64,000 nt of DNA from an uncultured Methanomicrobiales archaeon (GTDB lineage Archaea; Halobacteriota; Methanomicrobia; Methanomicrobiales; Methanospirillaceae): contig CAVWXH010000016.1 of the NCBI GenBank assembly GCA_963758915.1, forward strand, positions 288,001-352,000, read 5' to 3'. This document shows, piece by piece, positions 11,431 to 20,698 of the stretch (positions are counted from its first letter, which is position 1; every line of letters starts with the position of its first letter). The position numbers and the translations under genes were made by a program. Below the pieces are notes generated by a model. The model made no database searches. It saw nothing but the letters and a program-made list of their open reading frames with translations, and had not been told where the DNA came from.

Positions 11431-12390
11431 ATGAATCCGGTTATTGCTGTTGACCTTGGTGCCACGAATATCCGCGTAGCATTGATTTCAGGGGACGGCG
11501 TAATCGGGAAAAAGATTTCAGCCCTGACTCCGGCTTTTCCGGAGACCCCTGAAGATATCACGGATGTTATTATTGGAATGATCCGTTCGGTTGTAAAGGG
11601 AATAACAATGTCAGAACTGGATGGTATTGGTATCTGCGCAGCCGGCCCGGTAAATTCATACAGGGGTACCGTTATCAACCCTCCACATATTGCACTGTCG
11701 GTAATCCCGCTGGCTGCACCTATCAGCAAAGAATTCGAGCTTCCGGTCCGTCTCATCAATGACTGTCCTGCCGGTGCGCTCGGCGAGCTGTATTTTGGCG
11801 ACGGGAAGGGGTGCGGTGACTTTGTCTATATTACTCTGTCAACAGGTATAGGCGGCGGCGTGGTTTCCAATGGGAACATATTGCTCGGACGGAATGGAAA
11901 TGCGGCAGAAATAGGCCATTTCCATGTTGATACCCGCTATAATGCCATATGCGGCTGCGGCTGCACCGGGCACTGGGAAGCATATGCATCAGGCAGGCAT
12001 ATACCGGTATTTTTCTCCCGCTGGTGCCTGGAAAACAATATCGCGATTACCGGGGACTGGTCAAGCTCGCCGTCCGGAATTTTTGAGGCTGTTAAAGCCG
12101 GGTACCCCGGTATTGATGATTTTATGAATGAACTCGCCCGTATCAATGCCCGGGGAATATCAGATGTAATTGTCGCATACGATCCCTCGCGTATCATCCT
12201 GGACGGGAGTGTAATCCGGAATAACAGCGAACTGTTACTCCCCCTGCTCGAAAGGTATATTGACCGTTTCCTGCCGTTGCCGGAGATAAGGTTGAGCGGG
12301 CTTAATGGTCTTGCACCCCTGCTTGGAGCATCTGTTATTGCCCGTGGCTATGATACGGCAGCCGGGTCTCTCCTGGCAGGGGGTAAATGA
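11431..12390 (+). CDS. ROK family sugar kinase (glucokinase-like)
   Basis: AVDLGATNIR, INDC..GALGE, STGIGGG and the AEIGH..CGCGCTGHWEAY zinc motif; ATG at 11431. Confidence 0.9.
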   Translation: MNPVIAVDLGATNIRVALISGDGVIGKKISALTPAFPETPEDITDVIIGMIRSVVKGITMSELDGIGICAAGPVNSYRGTVINPPHIALSVIPLAAPISKEFELPVRLINDCPAGALGELYFGDGKGCGDFVYITLSTGIGGGVVSNGNILLGRNGNAAEIGHFHVDTRYNAICGCGCTGHWEAYASGRHIPVFFSRWCLENNIAITGDWSSSPSGIFEAVKAGYPGIDDFMNELARINARGISDVIVAYDPSRIILDGSVIRNNSELLLPLLERYIDRFLPLPEIRLSGLNGLAPLLGASVIARGYDTAAGSLLAGGK

Positions 12391-12519
12391 ATGACTATGG
12401 GTAACCAGGAAACGGGAACCTGATTTTCTGGGTCTTTGATTAAATGTATACAATAGGCCGTATATGAAAAACAGGCTGGACGAAAATTATTTTAATGGGC
12501 CTTTCTCAAAGAGAATTGA

Positions 12520-12747
12520 ATGAAAACTCTTCACAGGTCAAACAAATCGAAAATATTGGGTGGTGTCTGCGGAGGACTTGGGGAATACCTCGATACCGAC
12601 CCCAACATCATCCGGATTGTTCTGGTCATTCTTCTCGCACTTGGTATTGTTACTTTGTTCTGGCCGTTATTTTGCCTGGTAGTGTACATTGCCGCATGGA
12701 TTTTATTACCTGAAGGACCACCATTAACTGAATCCTTATCTCCCTGA
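12520..12747 (+). CDS. PspC domain-containing membrane protein
   Basis: LHRS..KILGGVCGGLGEYL..DP.IIR followed by a TM segment and YIAAWILLPE. Confidence 0.88.
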   Translation: MKTLHRSNKSKILGGVCGGLGEYLDTDPNIIRIVLVILLALGIVTLFWPLFCLVVYIAAWILLPEGPPLTESLSP

Positions 12748-12788
12748 CCTGTCGGACAGGTACCACACCAATTCAGCCCGGGGGTATC

Positions 12789-13220
12789 TCAATCTACATC
12801 TCCGTTTTGCCATGAGGTCCTTTGTTCCTGTTCAATGATGGTCCTGCACCTCCGCAAATAGGTCTCACCCCATAACCATGGCTTGTAATTGTCACACATT
12901 TCCGGTTTTGCCATGTGGATGGAGCAGAGGTATCGCTTTTTCGAGACCCTTAATAGAAACGGGCATGCGCTTACAAGGGCCCCCGTATCGGGGTTTCTCA
13001 TCTCAATAGTGATGATATCCCCCAACTCATCAACCTGTAATTCAGCGCATTTTTTCCATGTACCGTTCGTAAAACAGGCAGAAAAATGGCGGAGTATATC
13101 CTGCCGATCATTGGTCAGCCACTGGTAGAGGTTCTCGACTGTCGGTGATATGGAATCACCGAATACCTTGCAACAGATACCACACTGGTCACATTCAATC
13201 CCGTTACGAGTACCGGTCAT
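12789..13220 (-). CDS. YkgJ family cysteine-cluster (Fe-S/Zn) protein
   Basis: CDQCGICC, CPFL and CSIH..KPEMC..Y motifs. Confidence 0.82.
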   Translation of the reverse strand: MTGTRNGIECDQCGICCKVFGDSISPTVENLYQWLTNDRQDILRHFSACFTNGTWKKCAELQVDELGDIITIEMRNPDTGALVSACPFLLRVSKKRYLCSIHMAKPEMCDNYKPWLWGETYLRRCRTIIEQEQRTSWQNGDVD

Positions 13221-13515
13221 TTGTACCAGTCCTTTTAGACTGTATAGACGATAACTATTGGCTAATTATTGAACGATCCCCAGGTGAAGAACTATCCTGT
13301 CAGAGTGAATGATAACCGGAAATATGTGGGGAATTGTTATTAACCGGGTCTGAACGAGCATTTCATATTCCCACCGTCCACCATGACTGTGGACCACTTT
13401 TGAGAAATATTGTTTATCACGCGGCCTTTAGTTTTCGCTAAAACTTCATTCTAGTGGTGCTGCCAGTCCATCGGGGGATGTGACAAGTGCCCTGAAAAAA
13501 ATCCTGAAATGTTAT

Positions 13516-15984
13516 TTAACGATTGTTACTGGTCAGGCGTTCACAGATACGAGCGGCAGTAATCCACGCGTATTTTTTCCCGTATTCACCAACGCTCCCG
13601 TACCATAGGACAGGGATGGTATACCAGAGCAAAGCAAGGAGATACTGTTCAGAATTTTCATCAAGTATCGTGACCAGGTCCGCGTAGTGCCGGAGTTTCC
13701 GTAGTATCCGGAATGCCTTTTCCGTATCCGGGGGGAGGTCCATGCCAGGTAGATCAGGTATGTCTCCTAGATTATTGAACATGATAAAACGCTGGTCCCA
13801 CCCTGCCATCCTGCGTACCTCTTCATCCGATGAAAACGTTATCATTTCAGTCCTTATTACAGATTCCATCTTTGCTATATCGCGGAGGTTGTGGGTGATT
13901 CGCGTGTCTGAAAAATCTATCAGCCACATGTGTCCGTCCTGGTCAAGCAGTATATTTTTAAGGTTCAGGTCACCGTGCTGAGGGGCATTGTATGCAGGAC
14001 TTGTGGCGGTGATCCTCATGGGCATGACATGCTCAATGAAATAGAGCGGATTTACGGATTTTCCAAGGTTGCATGGGAGGATCACTCCAGGATCAGATGC
14101 AGAGACCCCGAAGTGGGACAGGGCATATTCCCTGGAATGTTCATACAAAGGAGGTTTCAGGTACTCCTGGTACAGTGCTATTTCACGCCGGACCGGTTGG
14201 CCATACCATGTGGTGAGCACAATTCGAAAGAGGTGATCAAAGGCAGCCTCAATTTTTTTTGGTGTTTGTGAACGGTAAAAGTCTTCCAGAGAGACCAGTG
14301 TACTGGAAGGACCGCCTATTCCAATAAAATTGTATAGTATGCCCCCGCATTCACCGACCTTCCGGTGCTGGATTAACCTCGTGGAACTGTTCAGGATATA
14401 TCTCTCCACGTGATCGTTGTACCCCCTGACCTCGTCAGAGATCATTGACCAGGACCCGAGTTTCATCACGAATGGCATCTGTTCCCGGCCTGCCCGGTCA
14501 ATAACACTGGCCCGGAACACAAGCGAACCACTAAAGCCCCCTGAAATCCGGGAAAGGTAAATTTTTTTATTTCCCTGGTGAAGTTGGCGCGTGATCTGAT
14601 CGTACTGCTCGTTCCACTCCGGGCAGGGCTTTTCAAATTCGATTACAGGGCCGTCATCACTAAGCAGGTTGTCAATATAAGAGACCCCGATAAGTGCTCT
14701 CCTGATAGATGTCGCAGTGGTCAGGCGAAACATCCCGGTAACTTCACCTTCTGTTTCGATTGTTTCTATAACCCTGTCAATATCGGCATCCTGATCCCAA
14801 TTCATGGGTTTAAACAGGACCCCAAGGGTGTGTGAGAAAATGGGTGATCCATCTGCCGGAAGTCTCCCGGGAAAAAGATTGGAGATAATCTCCCGATCAA
14901 GATCTGTATCAGTCGATCGATCGTAGATTACTCCGAAACCGGCAAGTGTTCCCCCATCGTTGAGGTCTGCCATGGACTTCCTGAACCATTCGTAATCATT
15001 ATCTTTTGACCAGACGGGTTCACGGTTTTTCGGCCGGTTGGCTTCAACAGGCGACTTCTCGATTACAATTGCTTCATAATGGTTGGTATCGGCAAGAATT
15101 TTTAGAGCCAGCACCCCGGAATAATGTCCATCCCGTTCTTTTGCACGGGCACAGATGGCTGTATAAATATCCCCCAGCGTGATCTCCTTACCTTGACCTC
15201 TCCCGGATTCGACCAGCAGGACTTCATGCGAATCTCCGTCTAATGCAAACGAACAGGCACTAAATACCCCCGGGATCTCCCTGATCGACTGTGTAGCCTG
15301 TATTTCTGATTGTACGCTATTACCCTGAAGGATGTAATCGGCAGTACCCCCGCCAGGTGGTACCCATGCAATCAGCCTGCCCGCCATAACCATATCCCCG
15401 AGGACCCCGGAACATTCACCCGATGAAGGGCCAAAAGCACCAATCCCGATGGCATAGGTATTCTGCCTGATTTTCAGTGGAAGAAGTTCTTCAGTTTTCA
15501 GGCCGGAGTGTTGTGCATCTTTCCATGGTCCGGAAGAAATGAGTCCCGCCGCTCCTTCTGAAACAGGGAGATACCTAATGGTCGTGGAACAGTCCGGTAT
15601 CGCAGGGAGGATTTTCCATTGAGTTGATCCCGGGCCTTTGAAAGACCTGTCACGTAAGGACCGGACTGCCTGTTCAACCGTAGTGAATTGGGGGAATATC
15701 CGATCGAATCCTGAAACTTCCAACACCTTTCTGGAAAACTCTCCCGTCCCGGCAAGCATAACCTCTCCCTTGTTACTCTTCCTGATTTTATATGCTCCAT
15801 GAAGAGCGCGGATGCCGCCGCTGGAGAGGTACGGGACGGAACTCATATCTATGATCAGGTGGTTTTCGTCATCCGCAGTGATTCGGTCAATATATGGATT
15901 GAGTAAGAGGGCTCCTTCGGCATCCAGCCTGCCTTTCAGTGTAAGGACTGTATATCCTTCCTGTTTATGTACCGTAATTTCCAT
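13516..15984 (-). CDS. STAS (anti-sigma-factor antagonist) domain fused to an unknown central region and an APH/kinase-like C-terminal domain
   Basis: N-terminal LKGRLD..IDMSSVPYLSSGGIR..VLEVSGF (STAS). C-terminal SGGFSGSLVF..VMKLG, HGDLNLKNIL and WLIDFS. Start is 15984 or 16029. Confidence 0.85.
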   Translation of the reverse strand: MEITVHKQEGYTVLTLKGRLDAEGALLLNPYIDRITADDENHLIIDMSSVPYLSSGGIRALHGAYKIRKSNKGEVMLAGTGEFSRKVLEVSGFDRIFPQFTTVEQAVRSLRDRSFKGPGSTQWKILPAIPDCSTTIRYLPVSEGAAGLISSGPWKDAQHSGLKTEELLPLKIRQNTYAIGIGAFGPSSGECSGVLGDMVMAGRLIAWVPPGGGTADYILQGNSVQSEIQATQSIREIPGVFSACSFALDGDSHEVLLVESGRGQGKEITLGDIYTAICARAKERDGHYSGVLALKILADTNHYEAIVIEKSPVEANRPKNREPVWSKDNDYEWFRKSMADLNDGGTLAGFGVIYDRSTDTDLDREIISNLFPGRLPADGSPIFSHTLGVLFKPMNWDQDADIDRVIETIETEGEVTGMFRLTTATSIRRALIGVSYIDNLLSDDGPVIEFEKPCPEWNEQYDQITRQLHQGNKKIYLSRISGGFSGSLVFRASVIDRAGREQMPFVMKLGSWSMISDEVRGYNDHVERYILNSSTRLIQHRKVGECGGILYNFIGIGGPSSTLVSLEDFYRSQTPKKIEAAFDHLFRIVLTTWYGQPVRREIALYQEYLKPPLYEHSREYALSHFGVSASDPGVILPCNLGKSVNPLYFIEHVMPMRITATSPAYNAPQHGDLNLKNILLDQDGHMWLIDFSDTRITHNLRDIAKMESVIRTEMITFSSDEEVRRMAGWDQRFIMFNNLGDIPDLPGMDLPPDTEKAFRILRKLRHYADLVTILDENSEQYLLALLWYTIPVLWYGSVGEYGKKYAWITAARICERLTSNNR

Positions 15985-16250
15985 GATCCCGTACAACCCG
16001 GACAGTTTGATTCTCAAATTTCCCGCCATATCAAGCAGGAGTGAATACTATGGATCTGGAATTCCTACCGGAATAGATGTTTTGGATTAAATCCGGGTAA
16101 TGTGGGATCTTCTGAAAAAAAATATCATGGTCCAACGTGGCAGTTGTTTATTGATATAGAGTCAATTCTGTTATTACTACCCGTTGTTTTAAAGATCTGG
16201 CCCAACCGAAAGTATCAAGACGTACCGCTCTGAATTCATCTGATCCCCCA

Positions 16251-16736
16251 ATGAACATTCAATCACTGCGCTCACCTGTCCTTTTTATCACCTGTATTGC
16301 GATCCCGTTGCTTGCAGGGGTTGTTGGATCTTTTTCCACGATGTCATCAATTCCCTCCTGGTATGCGGGTTTAATTAAACCTCCATTAACTCCTCCGAAC
16401 TGGTTATTCGGGCCCGTATGGACCACATTGTATATACTGATGGGTATTGCACTGTATCTTGTCGTAAGGGAAGGTACTGAAAAGAAACCTGTTCAACTCG
16501 GAATTATTATATTTGCAGCCCAGTTAATCGTTAATGTGCTGTGGTCCCTGGTCTTTTTCGGACTTCGGTCGCCATTGTCAGGCCTGATCACAATCCTGGT
16601 CCTTATTGCCCTGGTACTTGCCACGATCTATTTCTTCTACCAGGTTTCCCGAACCGCAGCTGCACTCCTTGTCCCCTATATTGCGTGGATATGTATTGCC
16701 ACCTACCTGAATGCCATGATCCTTGTTCTGAACTAA
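16251..16736 (+). CDS. tspO: TspO/MBR family membrane protein
   Basis: WYAGLIKPPLTPPNWLFGPVWTTLY, NVLWSLVFFG and LLVPYIAW..ATYLN. Confidence 0.93.
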   Translation: MNIQSLRSPVLFITCIAIPLLAGVVGSFSTMSSIPSWYAGLIKPPLTPPNWLFGPVWTTLYILMGIALYLVVREGTEKKPVQLGIIIFAAQLIVNVLWSLVFFGLRSPLSGLITILVLIALVLATIYFFYQVSRTAAALLVPYIAWICIATYLNAMILVLN

Positions 16737-16753
16737 AATTTTCCAGATTTTTT

Positions 16754-17015
16754 GGCTTTGTTGAAACCCTTCGGGGTCAAAAAAAGGAGAGGGAAAGACG
16801 AAGACAGGAGGGGGTTTCACCCCCTCCCTGCCCCACCCCCATTAAGATATTCCTCGGGCAGGGTTTCCCAAAGGCTCATTAAATTCAGAGTATTGGGGGA
16901 TAGTTTCTATCCCAACCGGGGTCGCCAAAGCGGCGGGCCATGAGCCCCGGGAGCGTAGTTTAATTTCAGAACCACCCAAAATCGTTAAAAGTTATTAGAG
17001 AATTTCTACAGAGCC
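16754..17015 (+). mobile_element. MITE-like element, copy B (complete, with TIRs and 8-bp TSD)
   Basis: Ends GGCTTTGTTGAAA and TTTCTACAGAGCC match 11/13 as inverted repeats. Flanked by the direct repeat GATTTTTT (16746-16753 and 17016-17023). No transposase. Confidence 0.88.
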
Positions 17016-17024
17016 GATTTTTTT

Positions 17025-17831
17025 TTATTTTCCGCCATATGACCTGACATGTACCCATGCCTTGTGATAGTCCGAATATTCCGGGTCTGATTCATCGTAT
17101 ATCCCCGGAAGTTCCCGGTTGAACAGCTTCCGGTCTTCCCCCACCGGGCAGACCTTGATGCAGAACCCGCAGGGGGAGATATAACGTTTGAACAGCTCTT
17201 CAGAACGTGCTGTGCAGGTCTTCTTATCGGTGATCCCGGCAGGATAATCTTCCTCCTGTAAGGCATTGACCGGGCAGATTGTTACGCACCGCATGCATCG
17301 TATGCAAAGAGGCATTTGCATTATTTCCCCTCCGCTTATTTTTGCATGCGTGAAAATCGAGGTAAACCGTACTCTCGGGCCATACCCTGGAGTGAGTATC
17401 ATATTATTTACCCCGAAATTACCAAGGCCCGCAAGAAAAGCCGCATGGCGGTGTGAAAAAAAAGCTACCGGGTTCTCTTTTAATACGCTGACCGATCCAT
17501 ATCCATCTCTTGGGAGAGCAATTGAAGGAAAACCAAGTCCGTTGAGCATGATTGAGATCCGTAAACTGCTCTGGTCAAGCATGGTGTTGACTGTTTTATA
17601 GAGTTCATGGTAGAATATCGAAGGTGATGTTTCCAGCACGGGAAGGCTGACCGGTATACCGATGACAATAATCGTTTCTGTTCCCGGGTATATTGCACGG
17701 GGACGGAATTGTTCCGGTACCCATGGTTCGAAGAGTGGAGAGTCCCAGCGATCAGCCGGTGCAAACCCGATAAGGGGTACATCAAGTTCTGCACATTTAT
17801 TTACAACGCGGAGCTGAAGCGGCAGGGCCAT
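17025..17831 (-). CDS. Epoxyqueuosine-reductase-like (QueG-like) 4Fe-4S protein
   Basis: SHRHAAFLAGLG.FG.N..LTP.YGPRVRF, CIRCMRCVTICP and CGFCIKVCP. Confidence 0.83.
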   Translation of the reverse strand: MALPLQLRVVNKCAELDVPLIGFAPADRWDSPLFEPWVPEQFRPRAIYPGTETIIVIGIPVSLPVLETSPSIFYHELYKTVNTMLDQSSLRISIMLNGLGFPSIALPRDGYGSVSVLKENPVAFFSHRHAAFLAGLGNFGVNNMILTPGYGPRVRFTSIFTHAKISGGEIMQMPLCIRCMRCVTICPVNALQEEDYPAGITDKKTCTARSEELFKRYISPCGFCIKVCPVGEDRKLFNRELPGIYDESDPEYSDYHKAWVHVRSYGGK

Positions 17832-18092
17832 TATAGCAGTATATTTGATACAGGGGCTAGATGAATTTTCACATTTCTGCCGGATGGTCACCGATTTTTT
17901 CCCGTATCATGGTCAGCGGCTATTATTCTTCAAAAAACATCCGGATACCCGTTTTCCTTTCATGACTATGCCGGACTAATCTGAAATAACCGGTCATAAC
18001 ATAAAAAATATTTACCCGGATGGGGTATAAGGGAAGCTTTAATTCATCATACCGGGCATTTTGCAGTACCAGAACCATGGGGATGTTTTTTT

Positions 18093-19754
18093 ATGGACGG
18101 GCATGAAGTATCAGTCCTGATCGGGGGCAGGGCCGGGGACGGTGTAAGCAGCGCCGGTCAGGTTATTGCACAAATCCTTGGGCACATCGGGTATAAGGTG
18201 CATATGTACTTTGATTATCCCTCTCTCATCAAAGGCGGCCATAATTTTGCAATAATCAGGGGTGCGGACCGACCGGTGGGGGCTGTGCGTGACAGGGTCG
18301 ATTTCATCCTTGCACTCAACCAGGAAACGATTGATTTGCATCGGGAAAAACTGGGCCATGAGGGAGTAATAATCTGCAATGGCGATGTTGCCAGTCACCC
18401 TGGAGCCGTCAAGGTAGCCATCGGTTCGATTCTCAACAACGAGCATGCCCCTGTGGTCATGGGAAATTCGGCAATTATCGGAGCTTTTTTAAAAGCAGCA
18501 GGGATTGGTTGGAACATTGCAGAGGAGGTATTCCGGAATGCTCTACCGAAAGAGACTGATCAGAACCTGCATGTTGCCCGGCAGGCGTATGATGCGGCCG
18601 ATGTACGGACGGCAGTGAAGGAGATTACCGGACGGAGGCTCCCTGTTATGACGGGAAATGAAGCGATTGGCATCGGTCTCCTTGAAGGTGGTACCACCAT
18701 GTATTTTGCATACCCGATGTCTCCGACCTCAAACCTCATGCATTTCTTCGCAGGCAATGCGGATGAATTCCATATCCGTGTTGTCCAGCCTGAGAGCGAA
18801 ACCTCTGGTGTCCTTATGGCCCTTGGATGCTCATATGCAGGGACCCGCTCTGCAATCGGGACATCAGGTGGGGGTTTCTGCCTGATGACCGAGGCACTTG
18901 GACTTGCCGGTATCGCCGAACTCCCCCTTGTCATAGTCCTTGGCCAGAGGGCCGGGCCAAGTACCGGTCTTGCAACCTATACCGCACAATCAGACCTTCT
19001 TTTTGCACTGAATGCCGGGCACGGGGATTTCCCCCGGTTTATTGTCGCACCCGGGGATACGACCGAGGCCAGGACCTGGTCCAGGGTTGCCACTGCGTTT
19101 GCATGGAAATACCAGGTACCTTCTATTATTTTACCGGACAAGATCATCTGTGAAGGGTTATACAGTACAGACCCTGATTATTCAATAAATTGCCATGCAG
19201 AGCCTATAATGGCAGATCCCGGGGTCCACCCCTACCTGAGGTACCAGGTAAATGATTCCGGAATTTCACCCTTGCGGTTTCCCCCGTCAGCTGGTGACGT
19301 GATAAAAGTAAACAGCCATGTGCATGATACGGATGGGATTACAGCGGAAGAACCATGGGTCACGAAAATGATGGCCGATAAACGGAATAACAAGATCGCC
19401 GGCCTCAGGGAGGAGGTAGAGGGACTTCACCCCGTGGAAGTATCGGGTAATACTCATTCAGATGGGGCTCTCCTTACATGGGGTTCGAACAAGGGTGTCT
19501 GCGATGAAGTGGGAAACCTCCTTGACCTCCGGGTTATCCGGCCTGTTGTGTTATGCCCTTTCCCGGAGCGATCGTTTGCAAATGCCATGAAGGGTGTCAG
19601 GAGGTTCTATTCGGTCGAATCAAACGAGACTGGCCAACTTGCGAGACTTGTCAGCCAGTTCGGGTACTGTGCCAGCGGCCTGGTCCTGAAATATGATGGA
19701 AGGCCGTTTACCATCGAAGAACTCACCGCAAGGGTCAGGGAGGCTGTTTCATGA
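18093..19754 (+). CDS. 2-oxoacid:ferredoxin oxidoreductase alpha subunit (gamma-alpha fusion)
   Basis: GGRAGDGV, YPSLIKGGHN, GNEAIG, AYPMSP, TSGGGFCLMTE, QRAGPSTG and KYDGRPF. Confidence 0.92.
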   Translation: MDGHEVSVLIGGRAGDGVSSAGQVIAQILGHIGYKVHMYFDYPSLIKGGHNFAIIRGADRPVGAVRDRVDFILALNQETIDLHREKLGHEGVIICNGDVASHPGAVKVAIGSILNNEHAPVVMGNSAIIGAFLKAAGIGWNIAEEVFRNALPKETDQNLHVARQAYDAADVRTAVKEITGRRLPVMTGNEAIGIGLLEGGTTMYFAYPMSPTSNLMHFFAGNADEFHIRVVQPESETSGVLMALGCSYAGTRSAIGTSGGGFCLMTEALGLAGIAELPLVIVLGQRAGPSTGLATYTAQSDLLFALNAGHGDFPRFIVAPGDTTEARTWSRVATAFAWKYQVPSIILPDKIICEGLYSTDPDYSINCHAEPIMADPGVHPYLRYQVNDSGISPLRFPPSAGDVIKVNSHVHDTDGITAEEPWVTKMMADKRNNKIAGLREEVEGLHPVEVSGNTHSDGALLTWGSNKGVCDEVGNLLDLRVIRPVVLCPFPERSFANAMKGVRRFYSVESNETGQLARLVSQFGYCASGLVLKYDGRPFTIEELTARVREAVS

Positions 19755-20605
19755 AGGGTAGCGAACTCATCAGCCATGCAAAAAACACCTGGTGCCCGGG
19801 TTGCGGTAATTTTATCGTGCAGCATGCACTGAAAGAAGTCATTTCGGACCTCGGGTCGGAAGGCTACCCCGTTGAAAATGTTATCCTCGTGACAGGGATC
19901 GGACAGCACGCCAAAATTTTTGATTTCATGAACCTCAACGGGTTTTATTCCCTCCATGGCCGTACGATCCCGGTTGCTACCGGTATTAAGCTCGCAAATC
20001 CCGGCCTGAAAGTACTCTGCATTGCTGGTGACGGTGATTGTTATGCGGAGGGAATTGAGCACCTGATCTTTGCAGCAAAAAGAAACGTCGATATTACCGT
20101 GATGGTAAATAACAACCGGGTCTATGGGCTGACTACCGGACAGTTCACCCCGACATCACCCTACGGGTTCCACGGCAGGTCTACCCCGAAAGGGGAAAAA
20201 GAGAACCCTTTAAACCCGCTGGACCTGGTGCTGTCATCCGGTGCGACATTTATTGCCAGGGCATATACCGGAAGACGCGAACAGCTCAGATTCCTGTTAC
20301 ATGAGGCCTTATTACACAAGGGGTTCTCGTTCATTGATAACCTCCAGGTATGTGCAACCTACTGTAACCTGACCGATTATTATAACGAAAGAGTATACGA
20401 CTGGGACGCAGGCTCCATGAGTGATTACCCGGCAGCCCATAAACGAGCACGTGAATGGGACTACACTGCTGACACAAAGATAGGTCTTGGGATCATGTAC
20501 CGGCATGACGCACCTACCTATGAAGAGGGCTATCCGGTGCCGGTTGCCTTATCAGAAGAGGAAAGAGGTCATGCCATCCGGAAATTCCTGGACTCGAGAT
20601 TGTAA
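19751..20605 (+). CDS. 2-oxoacid:ferredoxin oxidoreductase beta subunit (TPP-binding)
   Basis: TWCPGCGNF, LHGR and GDGD..NNRVYGLTTGQ; ATGA overlap with the alpha subunit. Confidence 0.93.
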   Translation: MKGSELISHAKNTWCPGCGNFIVQHALKEVISDLGSEGYPVENVILVTGIGQHAKIFDFMNLNGFYSLHGRTIPVATGIKLANPGLKVLCIAGDGDCYAEGIEHLIFAAKRNVDITVMVNNNRVYGLTTGQFTPTSPYGFHGRSTPKGEKENPLNPLDLVLSSGATFIARAYTGRREQLRFLLHEALLHKGFSFIDNLQVCATYCNLTDYYNERVYDWDAGSMSDYPAAHKRAREWDYTADTKIGLGIMYRHDAPTYEEGYPVPVALSEEERGHAIRKFLDSRL

Positions 20606-20698
20606 TGCAGGAGGGATCCAACAGGTCTGTTTTTTTAATGGGACTATATCGGATCCCCGGGAATATTTTTAAGTCACGCTGACAGATTTAGACGATTA

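Noticed and set aside
12747-12761. Palindrome ACCTGTC-G-GACAGGT between convergent genes
   Set aside because: Short and single; at most part of a terminator.
13283-13352. Possible C/D-box sRNA (GTGAAGA..CAGA..ATGATA..CTGA)
   Set aside because: Boxes are imperfect, spacing is wrong and no guide target was recognised.
16752-16943. Similar short ORFs here and at 26362-26643 (ALLKPFGV..LRYSSGRVS..RQSGGP)
   Set aside because: These are translations of repeat copies B and C. The frames differ internally, other copies lack the ORF, and one ORF starts inside the tRNA.
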